Notes under the pieces: model-generated | Databases searched by the model: none | Told to the model about the DNA's origin: nothing | Seen by the model: the letters and a program-made list of their open reading frames with translations, nothing else | Shown: positions 46,130 through 56,523 of the stretch, in pieces | Position numbering within the stretch: the stretch's first letter is position 1 | Layout of the letters: each line of letters opens with the position of its first letter | Assembly: GCA_963702005.1 (NCBI GenBank) | Contig: OY969696.1 | Location: 2,944,001-3,008,000, forward strand | Length of the DNA stretch: 64,000 bases | DNA from: Candidatus Aminicenantes bacterium | Lineage (GTDB): Bacteria > Acidobacteriota > Aminicenantia > Aminicenantales > JAFGBC01 | Direction of reading: 5' to 3' | Made by a program: the position numbers and the translations under genes

Positions 46130-47445
46130 GGGAGCGGACGGCCGGCTCGGCCCGGGCGAGTATCCTCGCCCTCCTGGTCGGGCTCCTGGCCGGTCCGGCT
46201 CTTCAGGCCGACGCCGAGGCCGGAGCGACCCTCCCCTCGCGCCGCTCGCTCGAAAGCGGATCGGCGCTCATTTATCAACGGGATACCGCCTCGGCGGTCA
46301 CGGTCCTAGGAATAGTCATCGGCGGCGGGAAAGCGGCCGAGCCCGACGGTAAGCAGGGCCTGGCCCATCTCGTGACGCGGCTGTCGCTCGAGATCACCGA
46401 TGAGGGCAAAGCCCAGGACCTGATGAGTCAATCCACCCGGCTGTCGACGGCGGTCGAGCAGGATTACGCTCTCATCCTCATCGAAAGCCTTTCCTCCCAT
46501 TTCGAGGAAGCCTTGAAAACGGCCTCCGAAATCATCCTGGATCCGCTTTTCTCCGGCTTCCGGATCGATTTCATCAAGGAAGCCATGGCCCATCAAGCCA
46601 AGCTCGAGCAGGATGACGCGGTCCGGGCCGGCCAGCCGGCCGCTTTGAGGGCGTTCTTCGGCCCCGCCGGCTACGGCGCCTCGGTGTTCGGGAGCGAGGA
46701 AAGCCTCAAGGCCATCCAAAAGGACGATATCCGACGCTTTTACAGAGACCGTTTCAGGGCCGGCAACGTATCGTTCATCGCCGTTTCGGACCTCGAAGAA
46801 GCAACCATCGAAGGCTGGCTCCGAAAATATTTCGCCAAGCTCCCGGCCGGAAGCCCCTCCCCGTCCGATGTTCTTCCCGCGCCCGCCCTCAAGGAGAAAG
46901 AGATCACGCTCGACAAGGACGCCAAGCAGACCTTCGTCTCCTTCGCGTTCCCCCTCCCCATCCTGTCGCTCCGGACGTATGCGCTCGGCTCGCTCCTCGA
47001 GACGGGCTTGGGCAAAGGAGTCGATTCGAAGCTCTGGCCCCTGAGGTCGAAGGCCCGGCTCGCTTATAATGTCGGCGCCCGGGCGACGGCCGGCCGCGGC
47101 GGCGGCGTCCTCGAGGCTTACCTCGAAACCGACGCGAAGAAAACGAGGGCGGCCCTTGAAGCTCTCGAGACAACGCTCAAGGACTTCGCCGTCTCGGGAT
47201 TCAGCGGGCATGAGCTCCAAATAACCAAGGGCTACGCCAAAGCCGATTTTCTCAGAGCCTATGAAGGGAAGGAGCCTCGCGTCAGGCTTCTAGCTTTCTG
47301 CGAGGGATCGGGCCTTGGGCTCGACGCTTACAACCGTTTCGCCGAACTGGTGGATGACGTCGGTCTGGAAGATATGAACGCCTTCTGCCGGAGCGTCCTC
47401 GAGCCTTCCCAAGCGGCCCGGATCCTCATCGGGCGCCTCCAATAG
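46126..47445 (+). CDS. M16 family peptidase, non-catalytic partner subunit
   Basis: GLAHL without HxxEH; LR.K.RLAY motif; coupled to the previous gene. Confidence 0.82.
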   Translation: MRERTAGSARASILALLVGLLAGPALQADAEAGATLPSRRSLESGSALIYQRDTASAVTVLGIVIGGGKAAEPDGKQGLAHLVTRLSLEITDEGKAQDLMSQSTRLSTAVEQDYALILIESLSSHFEEALKTASEIILDPLFSGFRIDFIKEAMAHQAKLEQDDAVRAGQPAALRAFFGPAGYGASVFGSEESLKAIQKDDIRRFYRDRFRAGNVSFIAVSDLEEATIEGWLRKYFAKLPAGSPSPSDVLPAPALKEKEITLDKDAKQTFVSFAFPLPILSLRTYALGSLLETGLGKGVDSKLWPLRSKARLAYNVGARATAGRGGGVLEAYLETDAKKTRAALEALETTLKDFAVSGFSGHELQITKGYAKADFLRAYEGKEPRVRLLAFCEGSGLGLDAYNRFAELVDDVGLEDMNAFCRSVLEPSQAARILIGRLQ

Positions 47446-47462
47446 GCCCGGACCCGGAAGTT

Positions 47463-48832
47463 TGTTATTTAAAGTTGAAAAGTGGACAGTTTAAAGATGA
47501 AAAGTGGACACCTGGGTTACATTCCTCAAGAAGGAGGAATGTATGGAACAGGTTCACAGACGGTTCACGACCGAGCATGTCCGGAATCTCTTCAGGGGGT
47601 ACACGGAGGGCCTCCTGGACCGCGCGGTTGTCGAAGAGGCCCTCGGCATCGGAAAGGCCCGGTTCTTTGCCCTTCTCAAGCTCTATAGGGAGGATCCTGC
47701 GGCGTTCTCGATCGCTTATCACCGGCGGTCCCCCGCGAAGCTGCCTCTCCAGGCCGAAGGGGAGATGAAGGGGGCGCTGATCGCCGAAAAGGCTCTCATC
47801 GAAGACCGGACCCTCCCGATCACCTCCTACAACTACTCCGCCATCCGGGACCGACTCCTCAAGCGGGGAATCAAGGTCTCGGTCCCGACGATCATTAGCC
47901 GGGCCAAGGCGTTAGGATGTTACAAGGGACATCCTCCGAAGAAGCTCCACGACCGGCAGGTCCTGACCACCGCGATCGGCGCCCTGATCCAGCACGACGC
48001 CTCTCATCACCGCTGGTCTCCTTACGCCCAGGAACAATGGGTCCTGATCAGCTCCCTGGACGACTACAGCCGCAAGCTCTTGTATGCCGACCTGGTTCCC
48101 CACGAGACCACCTGGGCCCATATCCAGGCGGCTGAGGCCCTGATCTGTCGCTATGGCTTACCTTTACAGTATTACGTGGACTCCCTGCGCGTCTTCCGCT
48201 TCGTCCAGAACCGGGACAGTTTTTGGAAGAAGTTGAACCTCAGGACCGATGACGTCGATCCCTACTGGAAGCAGGTCCTGAAGAGTCTGGGCGTGGAGAT
48301 CATCTATGCTCTCTCGCCCCAGGCCAAGGGCAAGATCGAGCGCTCCTATCGCTGGCTTCAGGATCGGATCGTGCGGACGGCGGCCCTCGAAAAGCTCTCC
48401 ACCCTCGAGGAGGTCCGCCAGGTCCTCCAAGAACGAGATGCATCGCTATAATCGACTCCAAGTCCACGCGACGACCGGCGAGATCCCCGATTATCGCTTT
48501 GCGAAGGCTCGCAGGGCCGGCCAGTCCCTCTTCCGCCCCTTCCTCGTTCCTAAACCCTACCACGCCTCCAAAGATGTCTTCTGCCTCAAGGAAACGCGGG
48601 TGGTCAACCCCTATCGACGCCTCTCCTTCTACAAACAGGAAATCCCGATTAAGCACGTCCCCCCGGGCGAAGAGGTCGACCTGCACCTGGTTCCTAACCT
48701 CGCCAATGAGACCGTGGAGATCCGAGTCTGGTGGCACAACTCAATGGTCGCCTCCACTAAGTTCCCGATTAAGGCTTTTCCACGTGTCCACTTTTGAAGT
48801 TTAAAGTGTCTACTTTTCAACTTTTCCCAACA
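47463..48832 (+). mobile_element. IS1202-family (ISNCY/IS481-related) insertion sequence, 1370 bp
   Basis: TGT...ACA ends, imperfect IRs with repeated AAAAGTGGACA, 16-bp direct repeat CCCGGACCCGGAAGTT at 47447-47462 and 48833-48848. Confidence 0.88.
47543..48797 (+). pseudogene. DDE transposase, frameshifted near 48425-48436
   Basis: LIQHDAS.H.W, LDDYSR, YYVD, SPQAKGKIER..LQDR; continues in another frame as EMHRYNRLQVH..TGEIP. Confidence 0.85.
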
Positions 48833-48841
48833 CCCGGACCC

Positions 48842-48877
48842 GGAAGTTTTGACAACCATTTGCGTCTAAACTAGGAT
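48842..48877 (+). promoter_or_regulatory. Overlapping ECF-like and sigma70 promoters of the efflux operon
   Basis: GGAAG-N16-CGTCTAAA 48842-48870 and TTGACA-N17-TAGGAT 48849-48877. Confidence 0.5.
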
Positions 48878-48935
48878 AGAGGTCTATATAAAAAGGTCGC
48901 CTAAGATCGCGCCAAAGGAGGATCGATCGAATCCC

Positions 48936-50285
48936 ATGAACGATAAGAGCGCTCAAGGCAAGAAACGAGGAAGACGAAGGGCTATTCCGCTGTTGCTCCT
49001 CCTGCTCGCCGCAGCGGCCCTCGGCGCGGCCGACGATGAGGTCCTGACCCTCGAATCGGCCATCCGGCTGGCTCTCAGCCGTAACGAGCTGGCCCTGCAA
49101 GCCGACCAGCGGCTCAACGCTGCCGAGGCCCGGATAGGCCAGGCGCGCGCGTATTTTCTGCCTACCCTAACCGGAACGGGCACCTATACCCGCCGGCCCT
49201 TTGAGGTCAAGAGATCGGTTGGCAACTCTCAGATCGTCGTCCAAAGCCTCAACGGCATCGCCGGGGTTGCCTTGCTCAACTTGACGATCTTCGATTCCCG
49301 GAGCCTTCCGACTTTGCTCCAAGCACGCTCGGACCGAACCGCCGAAAGGTATGCGACGGTCGAGGCCAAGCGTCAACTGGCCTTCGAAGTCGGCAACGCC
49401 TTCCTGACGACGCTCGGCGTGGATCAGGTCCTGGACGCCGCCAAGCACCGGTTCGAATACGCCCGGCAGGCCCTGGAGGCCGCCCGGGCGCGCTACGCGG
49501 CCGGGCTCGTCTCGGTCAACGACGTGACCCGGGCCGAGCTCGAGTACGCGACGGCCGAAATGGGGATTACTCAAGTCCAAGGCCAGGTCGAGACGACCTA
49601 TCTCCAGCTCGGCAATCTCCTCGACGAAAAAATCACGGCGGGGCGGAAGCTCCAGATTCCCGAATTCCTCCTCCAGGCCGCCGAGATCGAGCAGACGGCC
49701 GTCGAGGACCTCATCGCCCAGGCGCAGGACCGACGCTTGGATTTGACCTCCCTCCGCTGGCGAGCCAAGGCCCTGCACGCGTTGACCATCGAACCCCTGC
49801 TTAAATGGCTGCCCGCCCTGTCTTTCAACGGTCAGTATCGCTACACGAACGAGGCGGGCCTGACCGGCCGGAGCACGAACTGGAACTTAGGGCTGACCTT
49901 GACTTGGAGCGTTTTCGACGGCCTGGCCCGGAACTCCGAATACTCGGAACGGAAGGCCAATGCCATCCTGTCCGACCTCGAGGTCCAGGCGACCTTGCGG
50001 AAGGTTGAGCTCGACGTCCGCGACGCCTTTGTATCGCTCGAAAACCAGAGGGCGGCCCTCAAGCAAGCCACGGTCGCCGACGAGGTCGCCAAAAGGAACG
50101 CCGCCGAGACGGCCGAGCTCTATCGTCAGGGACTGAGCACGGCCCTTCAGGTCGCGGACGCTAACGTTCGCCTCTTCGAAGCCGAAGTCGCACTGGTCCA
50201 GGAGCGCTACGGCCTCGCCATCGCCTACCTCAATCTCGAAGCCGCACTCGGATTCGATCCGTTCGGTAAGGAGCCCCACCAGTGA
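48936..50285 (+). CDS. TolC family outer-membrane efflux protein
   Basis: LTLESAIRLAL, ARAYFLP, RYAAGLVS..DV, LYRQGL. Confidence 0.9.
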   Translation: MNDKSAQGKKRGRRRAIPLLLLLLAAAALGAADDEVLTLESAIRLALSRNELALQADQRLNAAEARIGQARAYFLPTLTGTGTYTRRPFEVKRSVGNSQIVVQSLNGIAGVALLNLTIFDSRSLPTLLQARSDRTAERYATVEAKRQLAFEVGNAFLTTLGVDQVLDAAKHRFEYARQALEAARARYAAGLVSVNDVTRAELEYATAEMGITQVQGQVETTYLQLGNLLDEKITAGRKLQIPEFLLQAAEIEQTAVEDLIAQAQDRRLDLTSLRWRAKALHALTIEPLLKWLPALSFNGQYRYTNEAGLTGRSTNWNLGLTLTWSVFDGLARNSEYSERKANAILSDLEVQATLRKVELDVRDAFVSLENQRAALKQATVADEVAKRNAAETAELYRQGLSTALQVADANVRLFEAEVALVQERYGLAIAYLNLEAALGFDPFGKEPHQ

Positions 50286-51436
50286 AAACACAACACCCCT
50301 GGATCCCCTTGATCTTGACGCTGGCCGTGAGCTTAGCTTCCGCCGACTGCAAGAAAGGCCCGGCGGGGGGCGGCGGCGAGCAGAGAGCCTTCGACCGGTC
50401 CAAGATCACTTTCCCGGTTGAAGTCCAGACAGTGGAACTTCGCTCGCTCGTCTACACCGTGAACGCAGTGGGCTCCGTTGACGCCTTTGAGAAAGTCCAG
50501 GTCACGGCCCGGGTTCCGGGCGTCGTGGACCGGGTCCTTTTCGCCGAAGGGAACTACGCCAACGTGGACCAGATCCTGGTCGAGATCGAGCCCGAACGTT
50601 ATCGTCTGGCCGTCGAAGCGGCCCAGGCCGCCTACGACAAAGCCCTGGCCGCCAAGGCCGACGCCGAGGCGGGTCTCAAGCGGCGCGAAACGGTCATCAC
50701 CCAGAATCCCGGGCTGATCCCGGGCGAGGAGCTCGAGACCTGGCGGACCAAAGTCCTGCTGGCGGCCTCGGATGTCGCCCAGACCAAGTCGTCCCTTAAT
50801 CAGGCCAACCTCAACCTCCACGACGCCTATGTCCGGGTTCCTTTTTCGGGCATCCTCCAAACGCGGACGGTCCAGACCGGACAGTATGTCGAGACGGGAA
50901 CGGTCCTGGCCACCCTCGTCCGGCGCGATCCCATGCTTCTCCGCTTCAAGGTGCCCGAGCGGGACGCCGCCCGCTTCCGGATCGGGATGAAGGCCCTGTT
51001 TAAGGTCAGGGACAACACCCGGGACTACGGCTCCCGGATCGTCCACATCGCCGCCGCCGCCGACGATGTCACCCGGCTCGTCGACGTGACGGCCGAGGTC
51101 GACAACATCCGGGACGAGGCCCTCCGGCCCGGCTCGTTCGCAGAGATCACGGTCCCGGTCAGCAGCGAGCGGAAAGCACCGGTCATACCCCAGACGGCCA
51201 TCCGGCCCAGCGACAGGGGATTCCTGGCCTATGTCGTCGAGAACGACAAGGCCGTGGAACGCATCCTGAGCCTGGGCATGAGGACGGCCGACGGCCAAGT
51301 GGAGGTCCTCTCGGGCCTCACGCCCGGCGAGACTCTGGTTATCCGCGGCGGCGAGGCCTTGCGCAACGGGGCGCCGGTCCGCCTGGGGATGGCCAAGCCG
51401 CAAGCCAAGCCGGCCGTCAATCAAGCCACGAAATAG
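50282..51436 (+). CDS. RND efflux periplasmic adaptor (MFP)
   Basis: VTARVPG, VRVPFSG, LRPGSF, VEVLSGL.PGE motifs. Confidence 0.9.
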   Translation: MKTQHPWIPLILTLAVSLASADCKKGPAGGGGEQRAFDRSKITFPVEVQTVELRSLVYTVNAVGSVDAFEKVQVTARVPGVVDRVLFAEGNYANVDQILVEIEPERYRLAVEAAQAAYDKALAAKADAEAGLKRRETVITQNPGLIPGEELETWRTKVLLAASDVAQTKSSLNQANLNLHDAYVRVPFSGILQTRTVQTGQYVETGTVLATLVRRDPMLLRFKVPERDAARFRIGMKALFKVRDNTRDYGSRIVHIAAAADDVTRLVDVTAEVDNIRDEALRPGSFAEITVPVSSERKAPVIPQTAIRPSDRGFLAYVVENDKAVERILSLGMRTADGQVEVLSGLTPGETLVIRGGEALRNGAPVRLGMAKPQAKPAVNQATK

Positions 51437-51460
51437 CAGTCGCGTGAGAGGACGTCTTTC

Positions 51461-54400
51461 ATGAACCTGACAGAAACCTGCGTCAAAAAGCCCGTCCTGG
51501 CCTGGATGCTGATGGCCGCGACGATCGTCTTCGGCCTCGTGGCCGCGTCGCGGATCGGCATCAGCCAGTTCCCGGACGTTGATTTCCCGAATATCTCAGT
51601 GTCCGTCGTCTGGGAGGGCGCCGCTCCCGAGGTCGTCGAGAACGACATCGTCGAGCCCCTGGAGGAAGCCCTCGTGCAGGTGGAAGGGCTCCGGACTATC
51701 ACCTCGTCCTCGCGGATGGGCTCGGCCAACATCACCATCGAGCTCGAACTCTCGCGCAACGTGGACCTGGCCCTCCAGGACGTCCAGACCAAGGTCTCCC
51801 AGGCGGCCCGGATCCTCCCCCGCGATATCGACCCCCCGGTCATCTCCAAGTCCAACCCCGAGGACCAGCCCATCATGATGGTCTCCATGGGCGGACCCTA
51901 CCCGGCCCGAGTGATCAGCGACTACATCCAGTACGGACTGAAGGAAAAGATCCAGACCATCCCGGGCGTCGGCGAGATCACCATGATGGGCGTCCAGACG
52001 CGAAACGTCCGCGTCTGGCTGGATGCGGCCCAGCTCGACGAAAAAGGCCTGACGGTCAGCGACGTCATCCAGGCCCTCCAGCGGGAGCACATCGAACTGC
52101 CGGCCGGCCGGCTGGAGACGTCGGGGCGCGAGGTCAACGTGAGAGTCCTGGGCGAGGCCATGGACCTCGAGACCTTCCGCCACATCGTCATCCGCGAAAT
52201 CAACGGCGCGCCCATCTACCTCAGCGACGTGGGCATGGTCGAGGACGGCTTCGAGGACGTCCGGCGCATGGCCCGTCTGGACGGCATCCCGGCTCAGGCC
52301 ATCGGGATCAAGAAACAGCGCGGGGCCAACGCCGTGGCCGTGGCCCGGGCGGCCAAGGAGGCCATCGCTCAGTACCAGAAGACCTTGCCGGAAGGGATGC
52401 GGATCAGCGTCGTGTCCGATTCGACCACCTTCATCAAGGACTCGGTCAAGGAGATCCAGCTCGAGCTCTTCCTGTCGGTCATTCTGACCGCGCTCGTCTG
52501 CTGGATGTTCCTCGGATCGTTGTCCAGCACTCTGAACGTCATCCTGGCCATCCCCATGTCTCTCATGGGAACGGTCGCCATCATCTATTTCCTGGGGTTC
52601 ACTTTCAACACCTTCACCCTGCTCGGACTGGCCCTGGCGGTGGGCATCGTCGTCGACGACGCCATCATGGTCATGGAAAACATCTTCCGCCACCGGGAGG
52701 GCGGCAAGGGCCTGGTGGCCGCCGCCCTGGAGGGAACCCACGAGATCGCCTTCGCCGCCCTGGCCGCCACCCTGGCCGTGGTGGCCATCTTCGTCCCGGT
52801 CATTTTCATCAAGGGCATCATCGGACGGTTCTTCCTCCAATTCGGCATCACTCTGTGCCTGGCCGTGCTCCTATCCTACGTCGAAGCCGTGACCTTGGCT
52901 CCCGCCCGCTGCTCGCAGTTCCTGAAGACCACCCGCGAGGGACGAAGCCGGATGGGCCTCCTTGTGGATAACAGCTTCCGCTGGCTCGAGAGGACCTACG
53001 CCAGGGTTCTGCGGGTCGGCCTGCGCAAGTCGGGTTTGGTCCTGATCCTGGCCGCCGTCCTCTTCGTTGTCTCCCTGGTGGTCATGACCCGCATGCCGTC
53101 CGAGTTCGTCCCCTCCCAGGACCTGAGCCGGCTCATGATCCGGCTCACGACCGCGGTCGGCTCGGACCTGACCGAGACCGACAAGCTCGTCCAGAAGTGC
53201 GAGGCCATCGTCGCCCCGAAGCCGGAAGTCAGCCAGATCTTCGCCTTCATCGGCGGCTATGGGGGCCAGGTCAACGGCGGCAGTCTCTTCGTCAGCCTGG
53301 TCCCGCCCAAAGAGCGCAAGCTGACCCAGGCCCAACTCTCGGCCATTGTCCGCCGGGAACTCAATTCCATCCCGGGTGTCCGCGCGGTCCTGCAGGATCT
53401 TTCCCAGCAGGGCTTCACCGCCCAGCGCGGCTTCCCGGTCGAATTCTCGGTGCGCGGTTCCGACTGGGACAAACTGGTCTCGGTCAGCCAGGACGTTATG
53501 GCCAAGCTCCGTGAAAGCGGACTGGTCGTAGACCTGGATACGGACTACCAGCTGGGCATGCCCGAGCTGCGCGTCTTCCCCGACCGGGCCATGGCCGCGG
53601 ACGTCGGCGTCTCGATCGACGACGTGGCCACCAGCCTGAACGCCCTGGTGGGCGGACTGCGGGTGGGCAAATATAGTTCCGGCGGCCGTCGGATCGACGT
53701 CCGGCTCAAGCTCATGGCCTCCCAGCGCTCTCGGCCGGAAGACATCGCCCGTCTGCAGGTCCGGACGCGATCAGGACAGCTCGTGCCTCTTTCCTCCCTC
53801 GTGACCACGGTCGAGCGACCCGCCCTCCAGGCCATCACCCGCCGCGACCGCGAGCGGGCCATCTCGATCTACGCCAACGTCGCCCCCGGGCATTCCCAGA
53901 ACGAAGCCATCGGCTTCGTCGAGACCATGGCCAAGGACCTGCCCGTCGGCAACCGCATCGTCCTCGGCGGGGCCAGCGTCGCCTTCCGCGAGTCGATGGG
54001 CAGCCTGCTCTTCGCCATGATCCTGGGCATCGCCATCGCCTACATGATCCTGGCCTCGCAGTTCAACTCCTTCAAGCACCCCGTGACCATCATCACCATC
54101 CTGCCCCTGTCGATCGCCGGCGCCGCCTTCGCCCTCCTGGCCACGGGACGGAGCATCAACGTCTTTAGTATGATCGGTCTTTTGCTGCTCATGGGGATCG
54201 TCAAGAAAAACTCGATTATTCTCGTCGACTACGCCAACAATTTCAGGAACCAGGGTTTCGACGCCAGGACATCCATGGAGAAGGCGGGGCCGATCCGGTT
54301 GAGGCCCATCCTAATGACGGCAACGGCGACCCTGATGGCGGCCATCCCTCCCGCCCTGGGCCTCGGTTCCGGGTCCGAGATCCGCACACCCATGGCCATC

Positions 54401-54514
54401 GCGGTTATCGGCGGCCTGGTCCTGAGCACGATCCTGAGCCTGGTCGTCGTGCCGGCCTTCTACGTCATCGCCGACCGGCTGGGCGGGAAACGAAAACTCA
54501 AAAAGGCGGAATAG
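51461..54514 (+). CDS. RND efflux permease (AcrB/AcrD/AcrF family)
   Basis: FPDVDFP, GIVVDDAIMVMENI, GIVKKNSIILVD, RLRPILMT. Confidence 0.95.
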   Translation: MNLTETCVKKPVLAWMLMAATIVFGLVAASRIGISQFPDVDFPNISVSVVWEGAAPEVVENDIVEPLEEALVQVEGLRTITSSSRMGSANITIELELSRNVDLALQDVQTKVSQAARILPRDIDPPVISKSNPEDQPIMMVSMGGPYPARVISDYIQYGLKEKIQTIPGVGEITMMGVQTRNVRVWLDAAQLDEKGLTVSDVIQALQREHIELPAGRLETSGREVNVRVLGEAMDLETFRHIVIREINGAPIYLSDVGMVEDGFEDVRRMARLDGIPAQAIGIKKQRGANAVAVARAAKEAIAQYQKTLPEGMRISVVSDSTTFIKDSVKEIQLELFLSVILTALVCWMFLGSLSSTLNVILAIPMSLMGTVAIIYFLGFTFNTFTLLGLALAVGIVVDDAIMVMENIFRHREGGKGLVAAALEGTHEIAFAALAATLAVVAIFVPVIFIKGIIGRFFLQFGITLCLAVLLSYVEAVTLAPARCSQFLKTTREGRSRMGLLVDNSFRWLERTYARVLRVGLRKSGLVLILAAVLFVVSLVVMTRMPSEFVPSQDLSRLMIRLTTAVGSDLTETDKLVQKCEAIVAPKPEVSQIFAFIGGYGGQVNGGSLFVSLVPPKERKLTQAQLSAIVRRELNSIPGVRAVLQDLSQQGFTAQRGFPVEFSVRGSDWDKLVSVSQDVMAKLRESGLVVDLDTDYQLGMPELRVFPDRAMAADVGVSIDDVATSLNALVGGLRVGKYSSGGRRIDVRLKLMASQRSRPEDIARLQVRTRSGQLVPLSSLVTTVERPALQAITRRDRERAISIYANVAPGHSQNEAIGFVETMAKDLPVGNRIVLGGASVAFRESMGSLLFAMILGIAIAYMILASQFNSFKHPVTIITILPLSIAGAAFALLATGRSINVFSMIGLLLLMGIVKKNSIILVDYANNFRNQGFDARTSMEKAGPIRLRPILMTATATLMAAIPPALGLGSGSEIRTPMAIAVIGGLVLSTILSLVVVPAFYVIADRLGGKRKLKKAE

Positions 54515-54600
54515 GATTCCTCATTCAAAATCGGCCGGCGGGAAGAAAAAAGGACCTGTTTCGTCTAAAATATGAACTATCGTACAGGAGGTCTGAGATC

Positions 54601-56427
54601 ATGAAAAAGCCGTTCATCGCCGTGTCTTTGATCCTGATTTTGGCGCTCTTCTCCGGGGCCCAACAGGCCCAGCCCCAGCAACCGAAGCCCGAGGACATTC
54701 TCAAGAACCTGGTCACCGTCGAGACACCGCTGGCCGTCCCCGACGCCCTGAAGACGGGATTCGAATCCATCACGGCCAAAGACTCGATCACTCTGCTCTC
54801 CTACTTGTCCTCCGACCTCATGGAGGGCCGCGAGACGGGGACGCGCGGCTACCAACTGGCCGCCGAGTATGCCGCCTCGCTCCTGTCCTTGTGGAAGGTC
54901 AAGCCCCTGGGAGACGCCCCGCGGCCCCAGGGATTCGGCCGCTTCAGCCCGCCCGCCCCCGGGGCTCCGGCCGCTCCCCCCGTCGAGAAGACCTACTTCC
55001 AGAACATCATCTTCAAGGAAATCAGCGACGCGGCGGCCGAGATGACGCTTGAAGTCCACAAGGGCGATCTGATCAAGACCCGCGTCTACCAGGCCGGGGT
55101 CGATTACGCGAGCATGTCGTCCACTCCCGAGACCGTCAGCGCCCCGGTCGTTTTCGCCGGCTACGGAATCACGGAGAAGACCGTCGGCTACGACGATTTC
55201 AAGAACCTCGACGTCAAAGGAAAGATCATCCTCATCCTGTCCGAGGCCCCCGGCAAGGACGACCCGAAGTCTCCGTTCCAGGCCACTAAGGAGCTCAAGG
55301 ACAAGTACTTTCCAACCTTCAGCCCGATGCAGATGATGAGGATGGGCGAGGGTTTCAGCAAGATTCGAGAGATCGCCAAGCTCGGCCCGGCCGCCGTCCT
55401 CCAAGTCCAAAATAAGGGCAAGGACGCCGACATCTACCGCTCCCTGGGCGATCCCCGCCCGACGAGCGACGACCGGCCCATCATCAACCGCCCGCGCCGC
55501 CGTCTGCTGGTCCCGGGCACGGCCGGCAACATGCCCTGGGAACGCTCCTCCGTCATCACGATCACTCGCGAGATGGCCGACGCCGTCCTGGAAGGGAGCG
55601 GCCTCAAGCTCGACGACCTCCAGAAGAAAATCGAGACGACCTACAAGCCGACCTCGCTCGTCATCCCCGGGACCCGGCTGACCCTGACGACGACGGCCAA
55701 GACGTCCCTGGTCAAGGCCATGAACGTCCTCGGCATCATCGAGGGCACGGACCCGGTCCTAAAGGATGAGTTTGTGTTCATCGGCGCCCATCTTGACCAC
55801 CTGGGCGCCTTCGGCGATTACGTCTTCAACGGGGCGGACGACAACGGCTCGGGCTCGGTCGGCGTCCTGAATATCGCGCGGGCCATGGCCCTCAGTCCCC
55901 GGAAGCCCAAGCGCTCCGTCGTCTTCGCTCTTTGGACGGGTGAAGAGGAAGGCTTGCTCGGCTCCCGCGCCTATGTCATGAACCCGGCCGTACCGCTGGC
56001 CAAGACCGTCGCCTACTTCAACCTGGATATGATCAGCCGGCCCTACGACGAAAAATCCATCCAGCGGATGGCCTTCATGATGAACGTCCCGGCCGGCCCG
56101 GACCTCCTCAAGAAGATCCACCCGGCCAATTTCCTAATCCTCAACTTTGCGGCCGGAGCCGGACTGGCCGAAGCGCTCCGGGCTGCCGATCAGTACGTCG
56201 GCCTGGACCTCTACCTCCGCGAAGCCCAAGCCCAGGAAGGCCGCGGCATGGGCGGCTCGGATCATTCGTCCTTCGCCGGCGTCAAAATCCCCTGGCTGTT
56301 CGCGATGGCCTCGATGACCGATGATTATCACCAGACGAGCGACAGCGTCGAAAAGGTCAGCGGGGACCTGATCGAAAAAACCTCGCGCCTCGCTTTCGCC
56401 ACCATCTACGGCCTCGCCGACAAATAG
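54601..56427 (+). CDS. Secreted M28 aminopeptidase with PA domain
   Basis: GAHLDH, GADDNGSG, GEEEGLLGS, NLDMI, SDH, DYHQ. Confidence 0.9.
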   Translation: MKKPFIAVSLILILALFSGAQQAQPQQPKPEDILKNLVTVETPLAVPDALKTGFESITAKDSITLLSYLSSDLMEGRETGTRGYQLAAEYAASLLSLWKVKPLGDAPRPQGFGRFSPPAPGAPAAPPVEKTYFQNIIFKEISDAAAEMTLEVHKGDLIKTRVYQAGVDYASMSSTPETVSAPVVFAGYGITEKTVGYDDFKNLDVKGKIILILSEAPGKDDPKSPFQATKELKDKYFPTFSPMQMMRMGEGFSKIREIAKLGPAAVLQVQNKGKDADIYRSLGDPRPTSDDRPIINRPRRRLLVPGTAGNMPWERSSVITITREMADAVLEGSGLKLDDLQKKIETTYKPTSLVIPGTRLTLTTTAKTSLVKAMNVLGIIEGTDPVLKDEFVFIGAHLDHLGAFGDYVFNGADDNGSGSVGVLNIARAMALSPRKPKRSVVFALWTGEEEGLLGSRAYVMNPAVPLAKTVAYFNLDMISRPYDEKSIQRMAFMMNVPAGPDLLKKIHPANFLILNFAAGAGLAEALRAADQYVGLDLYLREAQAQEGRGMGGSDHSSFAGVKIPWLFAMASMTDDYHQTSDSVEKVSGDLIEKTSRLAFATIYGLADK

Positions 56428-56523
56428 GCTCGGGATCCGAATTCGGGCCGGCCGGTCGGGCAACCTTTCCGGCCGCCCCTGCGTCTTTTAGGGGTGTAGT
56501 TTCTTAGCAAGGAGGTTGCCGTT

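Noticed and set aside
48420-48451. Programmed ribosomal frameshift in the transposase
   Set aside because: No slippery heptamer is visible, and the break lies just after the catalytic Glu region; a single-base insertion is simpler.
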